A DNA stretch of 64,000 nucleotides from Candidatus Staskawiczbacteria bacterium (GCA_903831095.1 CAIKWD010000021.1:1518-65517), one strand, 5' to 3'. Positions 54,130 to 62,948 are shown, numbered from the stretch's first letter. Program-made: numbers and translations. Notes: generated by a model from the letters alone, not told the origin.

Positions 54130-55284
54130 ATGCAAAAGAAACAGAAGATAAAAAATTTGGAAAAAGCTTCAGACAGGATTAAAAAAGCCATTGCTAACAA
54201 TGAGCGCATTATTTTGTACGGAGACTCGGACTTGGATGGAATTTCTTCTGTGGTTATTTTGGAGGAGGCCATTAAGAATTTGGGCGGACATGTTGATTGC
54301 TCATTTTTTCCAGACAGGGAAAACGATGGATATGGCATAAACCTTAATGCTTTAAAAATGTTGGAAGGCAAGGCTCCTGCTCTTTTTATAACCTTGGATC
54401 TTGGTATTGGAAACGTGGTAGAAGTGGACTTGGCAAACAAAATGGGCTTTGAAGTTATAATTGTTGACCATCATGAACCTTTGTCTAAAGTACCCAATGC
54501 TTCTATTGTTGTAGACATGAAACAATTGGACGACCCTTACACTTTTAAGGGTTTGGCAAATGTGGGAGTTACATTTAACCTTTGCATGGAATTGTTGGGA
54601 GATAATATTTCGGCCAATTTGAAAAATAGCTTTTTGGAATTGGCAGCTTTGGGAACAATTGCCGACATGGTGCCACAAATTGAGCAAAACCAAGTAATTA
54701 TTGAGGAAGGTTTGAGGTCTTTGAAAAATACATTTCGCCCAGCTATAAGGGCGTTTTTGGAACTAATTGGAAATGGGGAAGTGTTTGAGGGCAGTTTACC
54801 AAAAATTATTTCTGCCTTAAATGCCGCAGAATCTTTGAATTTTGCCAACGAGTCTTACATGCTTTTGACTTCTTCTGACATGGAAAAATGCAAAGACTTA
54901 GCTCAAATGCTTTTAGACAAAACAGCTTACAAACAAATTCAAATTAAAAACATTGTGCAGGAAGTGGAAAGAAGAATGTCACAAAAACCCGACGAAGCAG
55001 TTATTTTTGAAGGCGACCCATCTTGGAAATTAACTTTGGCTGGCCCCGTAGCCTCTATTATCTGTAACAAATACGCAAAACCAGCGTTTATTTATAAGAA
55101 AATGGACAAGGAGTCCTGCGGTTCGGTACGAAATCCAAAAGACACCAATTCTGTGGAAGCTATGAAAACCTGCGCTGACTTTTTGATAACCTATGGCGGA
55201 CATGCCAACGCCTCGGGCTTCCGTGTCAAAAATGAAAATCTAGATCTCTTTTGCACCCGCCTAAACTCCTACTTCAAAAAATAA
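54130..55284 (+). CDS. DHH/DHHA1 phosphoesterase (RecJ-like or NrnA-like)
   Basis: ILYGDSDLDGISS, IIVDHHEP and C-terminal GGHANASGF (DHHA1). Confidence 0.75.
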   Translation: MQKKQKIKNLEKASDRIKKAIANNERIILYGDSDLDGISSVVILEEAIKNLGGHVDCSFFPDRENDGYGINLNALKMLEGKAPALFITLDLGIGNVVEVDLANKMGFEVIIVDHHEPLSKVPNASIVVDMKQLDDPYTFKGLANVGVTFNLCMELLGDNISANLKNSFLELAALGTIADMVPQIEQNQVIIEEGLRSLKNTFRPAIRAFLELIGNGEVFEGSLPKIISALNAAESLNFANESYMLLTSSDMEKCKDLAQMLLDKTAYKQIQIKNIVQEVERRMSQKPDEAVIFEGDPSWKLTLAGPVASIICNKYAKPAFIYKKMDKESCGSVRNPKDTNSVEAMKTCADFLITYGGHANASGFRVKNENLDLFCTRLNSYFKK

Positions 55285-55318
55285 TTTTTTTATATATTTG
55301 TTGGGTTTCTTTATATCT

Positions 55319-55341
55319 ATCGCCACCCCGGCGATTTTTTA
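55319..55341 (+). terminator. Rho-independent terminator
   Basis: ATCGCCaccccGGCGATtttttt. Confidence 0.7.
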
Positions 55342-55397
55342 TTACCCTTGAAAACCTCCCCCCACAGGAGTAAACTGAAGTTAATTAAAATAAACTT

Positions 55398-56237
55398 ATG
55401 GAAAATAATAAAGAGTTGTCAAAAAAAGAAGCAATAAAATTTTTAGATATTCCGGAAAAAGATTTTAAGAATTATCATGAATTCAGCGAAGAAATAAAAG
55501 GGCACCAAATTAATAGGCGGTGGTATTTTAACAAAGACAATTTAATTGCTTGGAAAAAGCTCAAGGATGCCAGGACAATTAACCTATCAATCAAGGAGTA
55601 TGAAGTTTGCTTTCAGTTCGCAATAAAAATGGTTTATGGCGGGCTTTCATTAAACGGCATAAGGGGACAAAGGACTGAGGTGCAGGCTGCAGACGATGTT
55701 ATATTGGGTATTCTTGCAGAACATGCAATCAAAACTTTCCTGCATAAAAAATTTGCTACAGAAATAAAATTGGATGAAAAAGTTCACCCCGAGGAGATAA
55801 CTCCTCAAGATTTTGATCAAATAAAAGATCGGGGCATACTTAGAAAACCCAAGCTCGGGGTAGGAATAAAGGCTAGTAAGATAAAAAACGCCTTTCTGGT
55901 TTTAGGTTCAAACGAATTTGAGCTTCCAGACAGGAAAAGTGATGTTTATATTTTCGCCAGGGTAGGATTGCCTAGTGATCATTTATTCAGAATATTGAGA
56001 GATCATTCTTTTTTCGGAGAGGTTAGAAAATTTCTTGACGATCACGTCAATTTTAAAAAGATTTTGAAATTGGAAGAAATTCCAGTTTGGATTTGTGGAT
56101 TTACTTATGCGAAGGAATTAGAAAAAGTAACTAGTATTCCTGGCCAAGAGTTCACTAATGGCCATAGATATGTTAAATCAGTAGGAAATCTTCATAACTC
56201 CGATAAGGACTGGGAAACATTGATAAATAAGCTTTAA
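55398..56237 (+). CDS. Putative type II restriction endonuclease (assigned by position only)
   Basis: 279-aa ORF convergent with, and ending 3 nt from, the C5-methyltransferase gene. No nuclease motif confidently identified. Confidence 0.4.
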   Translation: MENNKELSKKEAIKFLDIPEKDFKNYHEFSEEIKGHQINRRWYFNKDNLIAWKKLKDARTINLSIKEYEVCFQFAIKMVYGGLSLNGIRGQRTEVQAADDVILGILAEHAIKTFLHKKFATEIKLDEKVHPEEITPQDFDQIKDRGILRKPKLGVGIKASKIKNAFLVLGSNEFELPDRKSDVYIFARVGLPSDHLFRILRDHSFFGEVRKFLDDHVNFKKILKLEEIPVWICGFTYAKELEKVTSIPGQEFTNGHRYVKSVGNLHNSDKDWETLINKL

Positions 56238-56240
56238 AAT

Positions 56241-57827
56241 TTAGTTTGTCATTGCTCTCATCATTTGTCTTGCTACGGCCTCTACAACGGGAACACTCAC
56301 TGAGTTTCCCGCTTGTTTATATAGGGCTGAGTCGGATATATTTTTCGGCAATATAAATTTTTCATCGAAGCCCTGAATTCTAAAACATTCCAGCGGAGTT
56401 AATTTCCTGATACCTTTTTTATCTTTGATAATGGGCACATTGTGGCCACCCATGCCCATATTGGCTGTAAGAGTGGGGCAGACGCCACTTTTGTTTTCGC
56501 GGACATATTGCCTGCGCCACTGATATACTTTTCCTTCTTCCTTTACAAATTTCTCTAATTTTTCATATAGTGGCTTGCCATTGTAATAATATTTTTCGGG
56601 GACATTTTTTTCCAAGAGGTCAGTAATTTTTACAGCTAATTTTTTCGGTTCAGGAAAAGAAAAATTATTTGCATAAGTTTCATTCTTGAATCCTACCATA
56701 TAAATCCTTTCTCGGTTCTGAGGAATATTGCCGTATTCCATGCTGTTCAAAACTTTAATATTCATATGATATCCAAGGCTTTTTAAGGTTTCTTCGATTA
56801 TTCGGAAAGTTTTTCCTCCATCATGGCTTTTCAAGTTTTTTACATTTTCCAGAAGGAAACCTTCTGGCTTGTGAGCTTCAATAATCCGTGCAATATCAAA
56901 AAATAGATTTCCGCGTCCCTTTTCATCATTGAACCCCTGCCTGTATCCAGCAATAGAAAATGCCTGGCATGGGAATCCTCCAAGCAGGAAATTAAATTTT
57001 GGCAGGTCATCGATTCCAATTTTTCTAATATCCTCTACAACCAATTTTGCTCTTGGAAAATTCAAATCATAAGTGACTTTGCATTGTTCGTCAAAATCGT
57101 TTGAAAAAGCAGTTTCAAAACCTGCCCTTTCAAAGCCAATGCGTATTCCTCCAATGCCAGCAAAAAGATCTAGAGTTTTAAATCCGTGCTTATTTTTTTG
57201 AGATATTTTTTCCCCAGGTTTAGTTGAAATATTGTTTGCAATATGAACGACTACGCCTCTTACTTCAACCTCCTTTCGGAAAAACGGAAGCATGTTTGGA
57301 TTCCTTGGTTCGAGTCTGAACCTGTTTTTCTCCCGGTAAAGCTTTTTAAGTGTTGCTTTATTGTCATCTATGATGGCAACTACTGTTTGGCCATTTTCTG
57401 AAACTGACTGCTTTTTTATTATCACAATGTCTCCGTCGAAAATGCCTTCGTCGATCATGCTGTTTCCATCAACCTTCAAGGCATAATAATCCTTTGAATT
57501 TTTGATTGAAGGATCGAATATGGAAATTTTTTCCTGTATTTCCTCTTCTATAGCTTCTATAGGTTTTCCCGCTGCTATTCTTCCTACTATTGGGATATCA
57601 ACAACTATTCTTATTTGTTTTTGAGGATTAATACTTCTACCAGAGGTTGTATTTTTTGAAAGATATCCTTTTACCCTTAGCGTATTTACATGCTCATGCA
57701 CAGTAGATATGGCGTTGAGTCTCAGCTTCTTCCTAACTTCTTCCATGGTGGGCGATATACCATTTTCTGAGATATAGTTATTAATAAAGTCTAAAACCTG
57801 TTTTTGTTTTTTTGTCAGTGTTTGCAT
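56241..57827 (-). CDS. Fusion protein: full-length LexA repressor (wHTH plus S24 autopeptidase) fused to DNA (cytosine-5)-methyltransferase
   Basis: N-terminus LTKKQKQVLDFINNYISENGISPTMEEV..., cleavage-site-like VGRIAAGKP, Ser in DGNSM, Lys in ATLKKL. C-terminus MTase motifs LDLFAGIGG (I), GGFPCQAFS (IV), ENV (VI), QNRERIYMVG (VIII), AGNSVSVPV (X). ATG at 57827 is preferred over the TTG at 57860. Confidence 0.85.
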   Translation of the reverse strand: MQTLTKKQKQVLDFINNYISENGISPTMEEVRKKLRLNAISTVHEHVNTLRVKGYLSKNTTSGRSINPQKQIRIVVDIPIVGRIAAGKPIEAIEEEIQEKISIFDPSIKNSKDYYALKVDGNSMIDEGIFDGDIVIIKKQSVSENGQTVVAIIDDNKATLKKLYREKNRFRLEPRNPNMLPFFRKEVEVRGVVVHIANNISTKPGEKISQKNKHGFKTLDLFAGIGGIRIGFERAGFETAFSNDFDEQCKVTYDLNFPRAKLVVEDIRKIGIDDLPKFNFLLGGFPCQAFSIAGYRQGFNDEKGRGNLFFDIARIIEAHKPEGFLLENVKNLKSHDGGKTFRIIEETLKSLGYHMNIKVLNSMEYGNIPQNRERIYMVGFKNETYANNFSFPEPKKLAVKITDLLEKNVPEKYYYNGKPLYEKLEKFVKEEGKVYQWRRQYVRENKSGVCPTLTANMGMGGHNVPIIKDKKGIRKLTPLECFRIQGFDEKFILPKNISDSALYKQAGNSVSVPVVEAVARQMMRAMTN

Positions 57828-57942
57828 ATTGCATTTAAAATTATTTATATTACAATTCAATTATACCGAATAAAAACCGAAACTAAAAGCGGTAGTTATC
57901 CACAGGTTTTGATTTCACCACTTTTAATTTAATTGGGAAGAG

Positions 57943-57970
57943 TTGACAGGGTTTTTGTATGGTATAAAAT
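57943..57970 (+). promoter_or_regulatory. Sigma70-like promoter, divergent from the lexA-MTase gene
   Basis: TTGACA - 16 nt - TAAAAT. Confidence 0.5.
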
Positions 57971-58096
57971 ATAAGTGAAATAAAATACGAAGATAAATTT
58001 ATCCCCAAGGTTTAACGAAACAAACATTTTTTGTGATTAAACTTTATATAACTTTGGGTCTACGATACTAATTTTAGCTTACTCTAATTTTATGTG

Positions 58097-58128
58097 CGCG
58101 GACCTAATTGGTTCGTGTTTTATTTTTT
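58097..58128 (+). terminator. Plus-strand-specific intrinsic terminator or attenuator
   Basis: CGCGGACCtaattGGTTCGTGtttatttttt. Two G-U pairs would be A-C mismatches on the other strand. Confidence 0.5.
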
Positions 58129-58170
58129 ATGGTCGACAAAATAATATTATTAATTAAAGGTAAAAAGCAC

Positions 58171-58296
58171 ATGTCAACAATAAAATTTAAAGTTGGAAGA
58201 GACGCTAAAAATGGTAGGTTTATAACAATCGAAAAGGCTAGACAAAGAAAAAGTACTGCGATTGTTGAAACTATTAAAGTAAATAAAAAAAAGTAA
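58171..58296 (+). CDS. Small basic protein (41 aa), unknown function
   Basis: MSTIKFKVGRDAKNGRFITIEKARQRKSTAIVETIKVNKKK. SD-like aaagg upstream. The ORF-track start at 58108 lies inside the terminator hairpin. Confidence 0.3.
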   Translation: MSTIKFKVGRDAKNGRFITIEKARQRKSTAIVETIKVNKKK

Positions 58297-58474
58297 AGCC
58301 TTAAAAATTCTAAGAACTACCCGAGGACTAAATCATTTGTTTTAGTTGGAAGATTGGGATTTAAGATAGAGTATGAGGAGGTCACTGTGCTAACTTAGAG
58401 GCTGATGGGTAACCAGAGTAAGCTGGTTGCTCTAAAAGGTTAAAAGTATTAAAATTAATTAAGGAATAAAAATT

Positions 58475-58738
58475 ATGGAAGAAAATTTAAATTGTAAAAT
58501 TTGTGGAGGGTTTTTATTAGTAACTATGGCTTCTAGTTTTATAGTGGTTAATATTAATATTTGTGAACCATGCCGTAAAAAAATAGAAGAAAATCCAGAT
58601 TTTCATGAAAATGTCCATAAAATGATGCCTATTGAAAGCTCTTTTATAACAGGGGTTACTGGTACAAGTGCTGTTAGTTATTCTTCCAATAATATAAGTA
58701 TCAAGAGTATTTATAAAAAAAATGATGGTGTCATTTAA
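58475..58738 (+). CDS. Small zinc-ribbon protein
   Basis: CKICGG...(19 aa)...CEPC; 87 aa. Confidence 0.3.
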   Translation: MEENLNCKICGGFLLVTMASSFIVVNINICEPCRKKIEENPDFHENVHKMMPIESSFITGVTGTSAVSYSSNNISIKSIYKKNDGVI

Positions 58739-58762
58739 AAAATTAATTGAGAAATAAAAATT

Positions 58763-59131
58763 ATGAATACTTTTGTAAAAGACAATTGGTGGAAAGTGTC
58801 TATTTTGGTGATTATTATTATCACAATTGGTGGTTGGTTTTATTGGTATGGATTAAGACCCGCACAAATTAAGCACGACTGTTCTTGGGTTAAAAAACAT
58901 GCGGGGGTATGGGCTGAAATCACCCAGGAGCAATATAATAAGTGTTGCGAAAATCAAAAAACTAATGCATCTTATTTTAATAATCTAAATACTTCCAGTA
59001 ATTTTGAAAAACTTGTGATCACACCTAGTTGTTTTTGTGAAAAACCACATGCTTATCGTCCAGCAATAGATTGGTATGAACCGGCTACTAGCGCTCATTA
59101 TTCTTTCTGTATTCACGAAAAGGGACTTTAA
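58763..59131 (+). CDS. Small membrane-anchored Cys-containing protein
   Basis: One N-terminal TM (WWKVSILVIIIITIGGWFYWY); 122 aa. Confidence 0.3.
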   Translation: MNTFVKDNWWKVSILVIIIITIGGWFYWYGLRPAQIKHDCSWVKKHAGVWAEITQEQYNKCCENQKTNASYFNNLNTSSNFEKLVITPSCFCEKPHAYRPAIDWYEPATSAHYSFCIHEKGL

Positions 59132-59148
59132 TTTTAATAAATAAATTT

Positions 59149-59718
59149 ATGGAAGAGAAAGTAGATAATTCAACACAGGGGTCTGGGGAAGCTGCGCCGA
59201 GGGAGGCTGGGCAGGATGTTGGTGGTTTGGTAGATGGGACGGAGGGTGGTGGTATACCTGGGGCCACAGATGGCCAAGGGGTGGGTTTGGGGTCGGAAAG
59301 TGATAATATACCACCTGTAATTGAAGCTCAACCCGAGGCTGTTTTGGAACCTTCTGAGCCTGTTGTGGAACAAGTTTCGGCAACTGAAGAGCCTGTAAAT
59401 GACCAAACTCCAAAGCCCAATGACCAACCAAATCCTAATGATCAAAACCTAAGAACTGAAGCAGAAAATAAGGGTTCGTTTATTAGGAATTTGCTGGTGA
59501 AGGCTGGGGAAAAGATTCAGTTTAATAAAAAGAAAAAGTTGGAGAAGGTGATGGAGTTGGCGCAGAAGAAAACAAAGATTTCGAATAGGGATGTGTGCTT
59601 GGCTTTGAGAGTTTCGGACGTGACAGCTTTTCGTTATTTGGATATACTTGAGAAACAAGGAAAAATAAAACAAGCTGGGAAAACCGGAAGAGATGTTTTT
59701 TATCAGCTTGTACCGTAA
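59149..59718 (+). CDS. Winged-HTH DNA-binding protein with G/E/P-rich low-complexity N-terminus
   Basis: C-terminus ISNRDVCLALRVSDVTAFRYLDILEKQGKIKQAGKTGRDVFYQLV. The N-terminal about 100 aa are encoded by a locally G-rich tract. Confidence 0.45.
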   Translation: MEEKVDNSTQGSGEAAPREAGQDVGGLVDGTEGGGIPGATDGQGVGLGSESDNIPPVIEAQPEAVLEPSEPVVEQVSATEEPVNDQTPKPNDQPNPNDQNLRTEAENKGSFIRNLLVKAGEKIQFNKKKKLEKVMELAQKKTKISNRDVCLALRVSDVTAFRYLDILEKQGKIKQAGKTGRDVFYQLVP

Positions 59719-59771
59719 ACACTTCAAATGGTGGAAATGAAGCGTTTAATAAAAAAATAAAATAATAATTT

Positions 59772-60521
59772 ATGAGTGAATACTATACAGCACAAAGAGC
59801 TAGGGGATTGTATGAGCCCAATTCGGCTGAGCCATTTAAATTGTCGAGGTCGAAGATTGACTTGTTTTTTGAATGTCCAAGGTGCTTTTATTATGACCGC
59901 AGGCTGGGCATTGGTAGACCGCCTGGGTTTCCATTTTCGTTAAACTCAGCTGTGGACCATTTGCTAAAGCTGGAGTTTGACATACACAGGGCCAAGGGGA
60001 CAAAGCATCCGCTAATTGAGAAATACGGAGTAGACGCTGTGCCAGTAGCTCATAAGGATTTGGACAAGTGGAGGGCAAACTTTACGGGAATTCAGTTTTT
60101 ACATAAGCCAACAAATTTACTGATTACGGGAGCCATAGACGACTTGTGGCAGAATTCGAAGGGGGAGTACATAATTGTAGACTACAAGGCAACTTCCAAA
60201 GAGGGGGAAATTAAGGAGTTGGACAAGGCGTGGCAGGATGGGTACAAAAGGCAGATGGAGATTTATCAGTGGCTATTTCGCCAGAGCGGGTTTAAGGTGG
60301 CAGATACCGGATATTTTGTGTACTGCAATGGAGACAAAGATAAAAAGGCTTTTGACGCCAAGCTGGAGTTTAATATTACTTTGATACCTTACAAGGGAAA
60401 CGATTCATGGGTAGAGGAAATTATTGTTGAAGCGCATAAATGTTTGAACGGTGACAAAATTCCTGAAGCTGACCCAGACTGCGATTACTGCAATTATATT
60501 AACGCCATAAACAGCAAATAA
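59772..60521 (+). CDS. PD-(D/E)XK nuclease-superfamily protein with terminal Cys pairs (Cas4/AddB-like style)
   Basis: ECPRCFYY near the N-terminus, GAIDDL...IIVDYKATSK core (D...D/ExK-like), C-terminal DCDYCNY. Confidence 0.55.
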   Translation: MSEYYTAQRARGLYEPNSAEPFKLSRSKIDLFFECPRCFYYDRRLGIGRPPGFPFSLNSAVDHLLKLEFDIHRAKGTKHPLIEKYGVDAVPVAHKDLDKWRANFTGIQFLHKPTNLLITGAIDDLWQNSKGEYIIVDYKATSKEGEIKELDKAWQDGYKRQMEIYQWLFRQSGFKVADTGYFVYCNGDKDKKAFDAKLEFNITLIPYKGNDSWVEEIIVEAHKCLNGDKIPEADPDCDYCNYINAINSK

Positions 60522-60605
60522 CATGAATGTTTTGATTATTGTTTTAATTGTGTTTGTTTTGGGCATAGCAGGGTTGATTTTAAAGTATTATAAAAAAGAC
60601 GAAAA

Positions 60606-60995
60606 ATGATTAGTAAAAAACAGGCTATAGATATAATAAAGGATTTTTTAGATGCTGAACTTGGGAAAGAGGATTGGTTTATTAATGTTAAGTTGTTTAT
60701 TAAAGCGTTTGTTTTATACGGGTCGGTGGCCAAGGGGACAAATAAGTTAGATTCAGATATAGATGTTTTGTTGATACTTCCTTTGGAAAAGGAAAAAGAA
60801 TATACTAAAGGAGAATATTTTTATGATTACAAAGGTTATAAGATAAATATTGTGTTGCGCTCTATAGAAAAATTAAGGAAAATTGCTTCAGAAAAAAAGG
60901 ATTTATTTCAAAAAGAAATTTTTGTAAAGGCAGAAATTATAATTGATAACGATGGAGAGGTTGCCAAGTTGTTAAATGAGATTAGTAAAATTTAA
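60606..60995 (+). CDS. Minimal nucleotidyltransferase (MNT-like) domain protein
   Basis: LYGSVAKGTNKLDSDIDVLLILP; 129 aa; no HEPN partner seen. Confidence 0.6.
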   Translation: MISKKQAIDIIKDFLDAELGKEDWFINVKLFIKAFVLYGSVAKGTNKLDSDIDVLLILPLEKEKEYTKGEYFYDYKGYKINIVLRSIEKLRKIASEKKDLFQKEIFVKAEIIIDNDGEVAKLLNEISKI

Positions 60996-61002
60996 ATAAA
61001 TT

Positions 61003-61578
61003 ATGGAAGGAGAAAAAAGAGAAGAAATTGTTATAAATTTAGAACAGGATAAAAAGGAACCGAAAATGGAGTTCAAAACGGATTATCCTATTAAGGATCT
61101 GGCAAAGTTTATTTCGTATATAAGATCCGACAAAGAGGAACGCCGTGGAAAAGTAAGTCCAGAAGTGGCTGAAGAGAGGATTAAATATATGCTTGAGAAG
61201 CCGAATGCGATAGAACTAACTTTAGAGATAGATGGTACATTGGTTGGTTGCGCTTTTTCTTATGAGGAAGATAGAGAAAGATTGGAAAAAGATGTTCCTT
61301 ATATAAACTTTTTTTCCAAGAAAGGAGAAAGAGTTTTTAAGATTAGGGAAGTTGATGTTCACCCTGATTATAGGAGGCAAGGTTTTGGAACAATAGTAAT
61401 GGAAGAAATTATGAAAAGGTTAAAAGAGAAAGGGGCGACAAAGTTGGTTTTGTCGACTTTTCCAGAGAAGGAGAATAAAGCTAATCGGTTATATACGGGA
61501 GTGGGTTTTAGGGAAGTAGCGCCAGATCAGGACGAGCATAATTATTATATGTCTTACGATTATGGATGGGACAAATAG
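61003..61578 (+). CDS. GNAT-family N-acetyltransferase
   Basis: VHPDYRRQGFGTIVMEEIM acetyl-CoA motif. Confidence 0.65.
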   Translation: MEGEKREEIVINLEQDKKEPKMEFKTDYPIKDLAKFISYIRSDKEERRGKVSPEVAEERIKYMLEKPNAIELTLEIDGTLVGCAFSYEEDRERLEKDVPYINFFSKKGERVFKIREVDVHPDYRRQGFGTIVMEEIMKRLKEKGATKLVLSTFPEKENKANRLYTGVGFREVAPDQDEHNYYMSYDYGWDK

Positions 61579-61801
61579 AAGTAATATAAAAATTGGCGGG
61601 GAGGTTGATATTGTGCTGAAGGCAGATCAGCCAACCGGGAAGCTTACGCACGGGAAGGTGGCGGATATTTTGACGAGCTCGGGGCAGCATCACCGGGGAA
61701 TTAAGGTAAGATTGGAAGATGGGCAGGTTGGCAGGGTACAAAAAATTTATCCGTCTTTTCCAAAAATTGACGGAGTTGAGTATCAAGAAGGTATAATATA
61801 A
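61562..61801 (+). CDS. YwbE-family small protein (DUF2196-like)
   Basis: GKLTHGKVADILTSSGQHHRGIKVRLEDGQVGRVQKI pattern (recollection). Confidence 0.55.
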   Translation: MDGTNRSNIKIGGEVDIVLKADQPTGKLTHGKVADILTSSGQHHRGIKVRLEDGQVGRVQKIYPSFPKIDGVEYQEGII

Positions 61802-61818
61802 AAAATAAAATATATTTT

Positions 61819-62376
61819 ATGAATGTTGAAGTAGAAGTAAAAATAAAAATAGACAATTTTGAGGAAATTAAGGAAAAAGTGGCGGGGATGGGGAAATTAA
61901 TAAAGTCTATAAGGCAGGTGGACGATTATTTTGTTCCTAGCCACAGAGATTTTTTTAGCCAGAAGCCAGACCCAACAGAGTGGCTAAGAATTAGAACAAA
62001 TCCTGATAAGACAATTTTTGAGTATGATTTATCCATAAATAAGAAGGCCGATGGCGACCAGGAATGCGCTGAGGAATATGAAACAGAAATTTCCAGTCCG
62101 GAAGACTTCAGAAAAATTTTGAATTTTTTAGATTTTAAAAAAGTTGTTACAGTTGATAAGCAAAGGGAATATTGGATGTGCGGAGATATAGAAGTCGCCT
62201 TGGATATTATAGAGGGATTGGGAAGCTTTATTGAGGCGGAAGCCAAGGGAGATTTTAAAAGCTTAGTGGAAGCAAAAAAGGCTTGTTATGATTTTCTGAG
62301 AAATTTGGGAATTGAAGATGTGGAAAATAGGCATATAAAAAAAGGTTATCCGGTATTAATATTAGAAAATAAATAA
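61819..62376 (+). CDS. CYTH-domain protein (class IV adenylate cyclase / triphosphate tunnel metalloenzyme-like)
   Basis: N-terminal EVEVKIKI (ExExK) and later acidic beta-strand pattern EYETE...IEVALD...FIEAE. Confidence 0.65.
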   Translation: MNVEVEVKIKIDNFEEIKEKVAGMGKLIKSIRQVDDYFVPSHRDFFSQKPDPTEWLRIRTNPDKTIFEYDLSINKKADGDQECAEEYETEISSPEDFRKILNFLDFKKVVTVDKQREYWMCGDIEVALDIIEGLGSFIEAEAKGDFKSLVEAKKACYDFLRNLGIEDVENRHIKKGYPVLILENK

Positions 62377-62384
62377 AACCATTT

Positions 62385-62828
62385 ATGAAGAAGATTATAA
62401 TTTATACAGATGGAGGTTCTAGGGGGAATCCGGGCAAGGCGGGGATTGGGGTTGTTTTTTGTAATGAGAAGGAACAGATTATAAAAAAGTTTGGAGAATA
62501 TTTGGGAGACAACCTGACAAACAATGACGCTGAATATCAGGCCATAATTTTTGCCTTGAAGAAGTTTAAGTCGGTTTTTGGCAAAGCTATTGCTGAAATA
62601 TCGGAGGTGGAAATAAGGGCTGATTCTGAATTGGTTGTAAAACAATTGAATGGCGACTACAGGCTGACAGACCCAAAGATACAGCAGTTTTTTATAGAAA
62701 TTTGGAATTTGAAGTTTGATTTTGAATCTGTAAAATTTAAGCATATTCCGCGCGAGAAAAATAAAGAGGCAGACGCCTTGGTTAACGCAGCTTTGGATGC
62801 ACAAGTAAGTGCAAAAACTCTATTTTAA
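62385..62828 (+). CDS. rnhA: Ribonuclease HI family protein
   Basis: IYTDGGSRGNPGKAGIGVV, NNDAEYQAIIFALK, DSELVVKQLNG, REKNKEADALVN (DEDD residues in order). Confidence 0.85.
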   Translation: MKKIIIYTDGGSRGNPGKAGIGVVFCNEKEQIIKKFGEYLGDNLTNNDAEYQAIIFALKKFKSVFGKAIAEISEVEIRADSELVVKQLNGDYRLTDPKIQQFFIEIWNLKFDFESVKFKHIPREKNKEADALVNAALDAQVSAKTLF

Positions 62829-62856
62829 CTTTCGCTTGAGTATTCTGCCCGATTAC

Positions 62857-62948
62857 GCTCAGTAACAAACTTTTTTCCGTCTGCTGGTAACCCCCTTTGC
62901 CTCTGCGGGCAAGTGGACCAGGGACTACAAAAAGTTTATTACCTCGCT
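62857..62948. repeat. About 90-nt intergenic repeat, copy B
   Basis: gctcagtaacaaacttttttccgtctgctggtaaccccctttgcctctgcgggcaagtggaccagggactacaaaaagtttattacctcgct. Confidence 0.75.

Noticed and set aside
57828-57940. LexA operator (SOS box) upstream of the lexA-MTase fusion
   Set aside because: I found no convincing inverted repeat of the CTGT-N8-ACAG or GAAC-N4-GTTC types. The operator motif for this lineage is unknown to me, so no site is called.
58108-58170. ORF-track start of the small ORF at 58108
   Set aside because: The first codons lie inside the terminator hairpin and T-run. The ATG at 58171 with aaagg upstream is more plausible.
59260-59292. Possible G-quadruplex (GGGG-N14-GGGG-t-GGG-ttt-GGGG) in the 5' part of 59149-59718
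   Set aside because: The first loop is long. The G-richness is explained by Gly/Glu/Val-rich low-complexity coding sequence, and there is no second indication of a regulatory role.
59147-59445. Minus-strand ORFs (94 aa and 91 aa) rich in Pro, Gln and His
   Set aside because: They are an artefact of the locally G-rich plus-strand coding tract of the wHTH protein gene (59149-59718).
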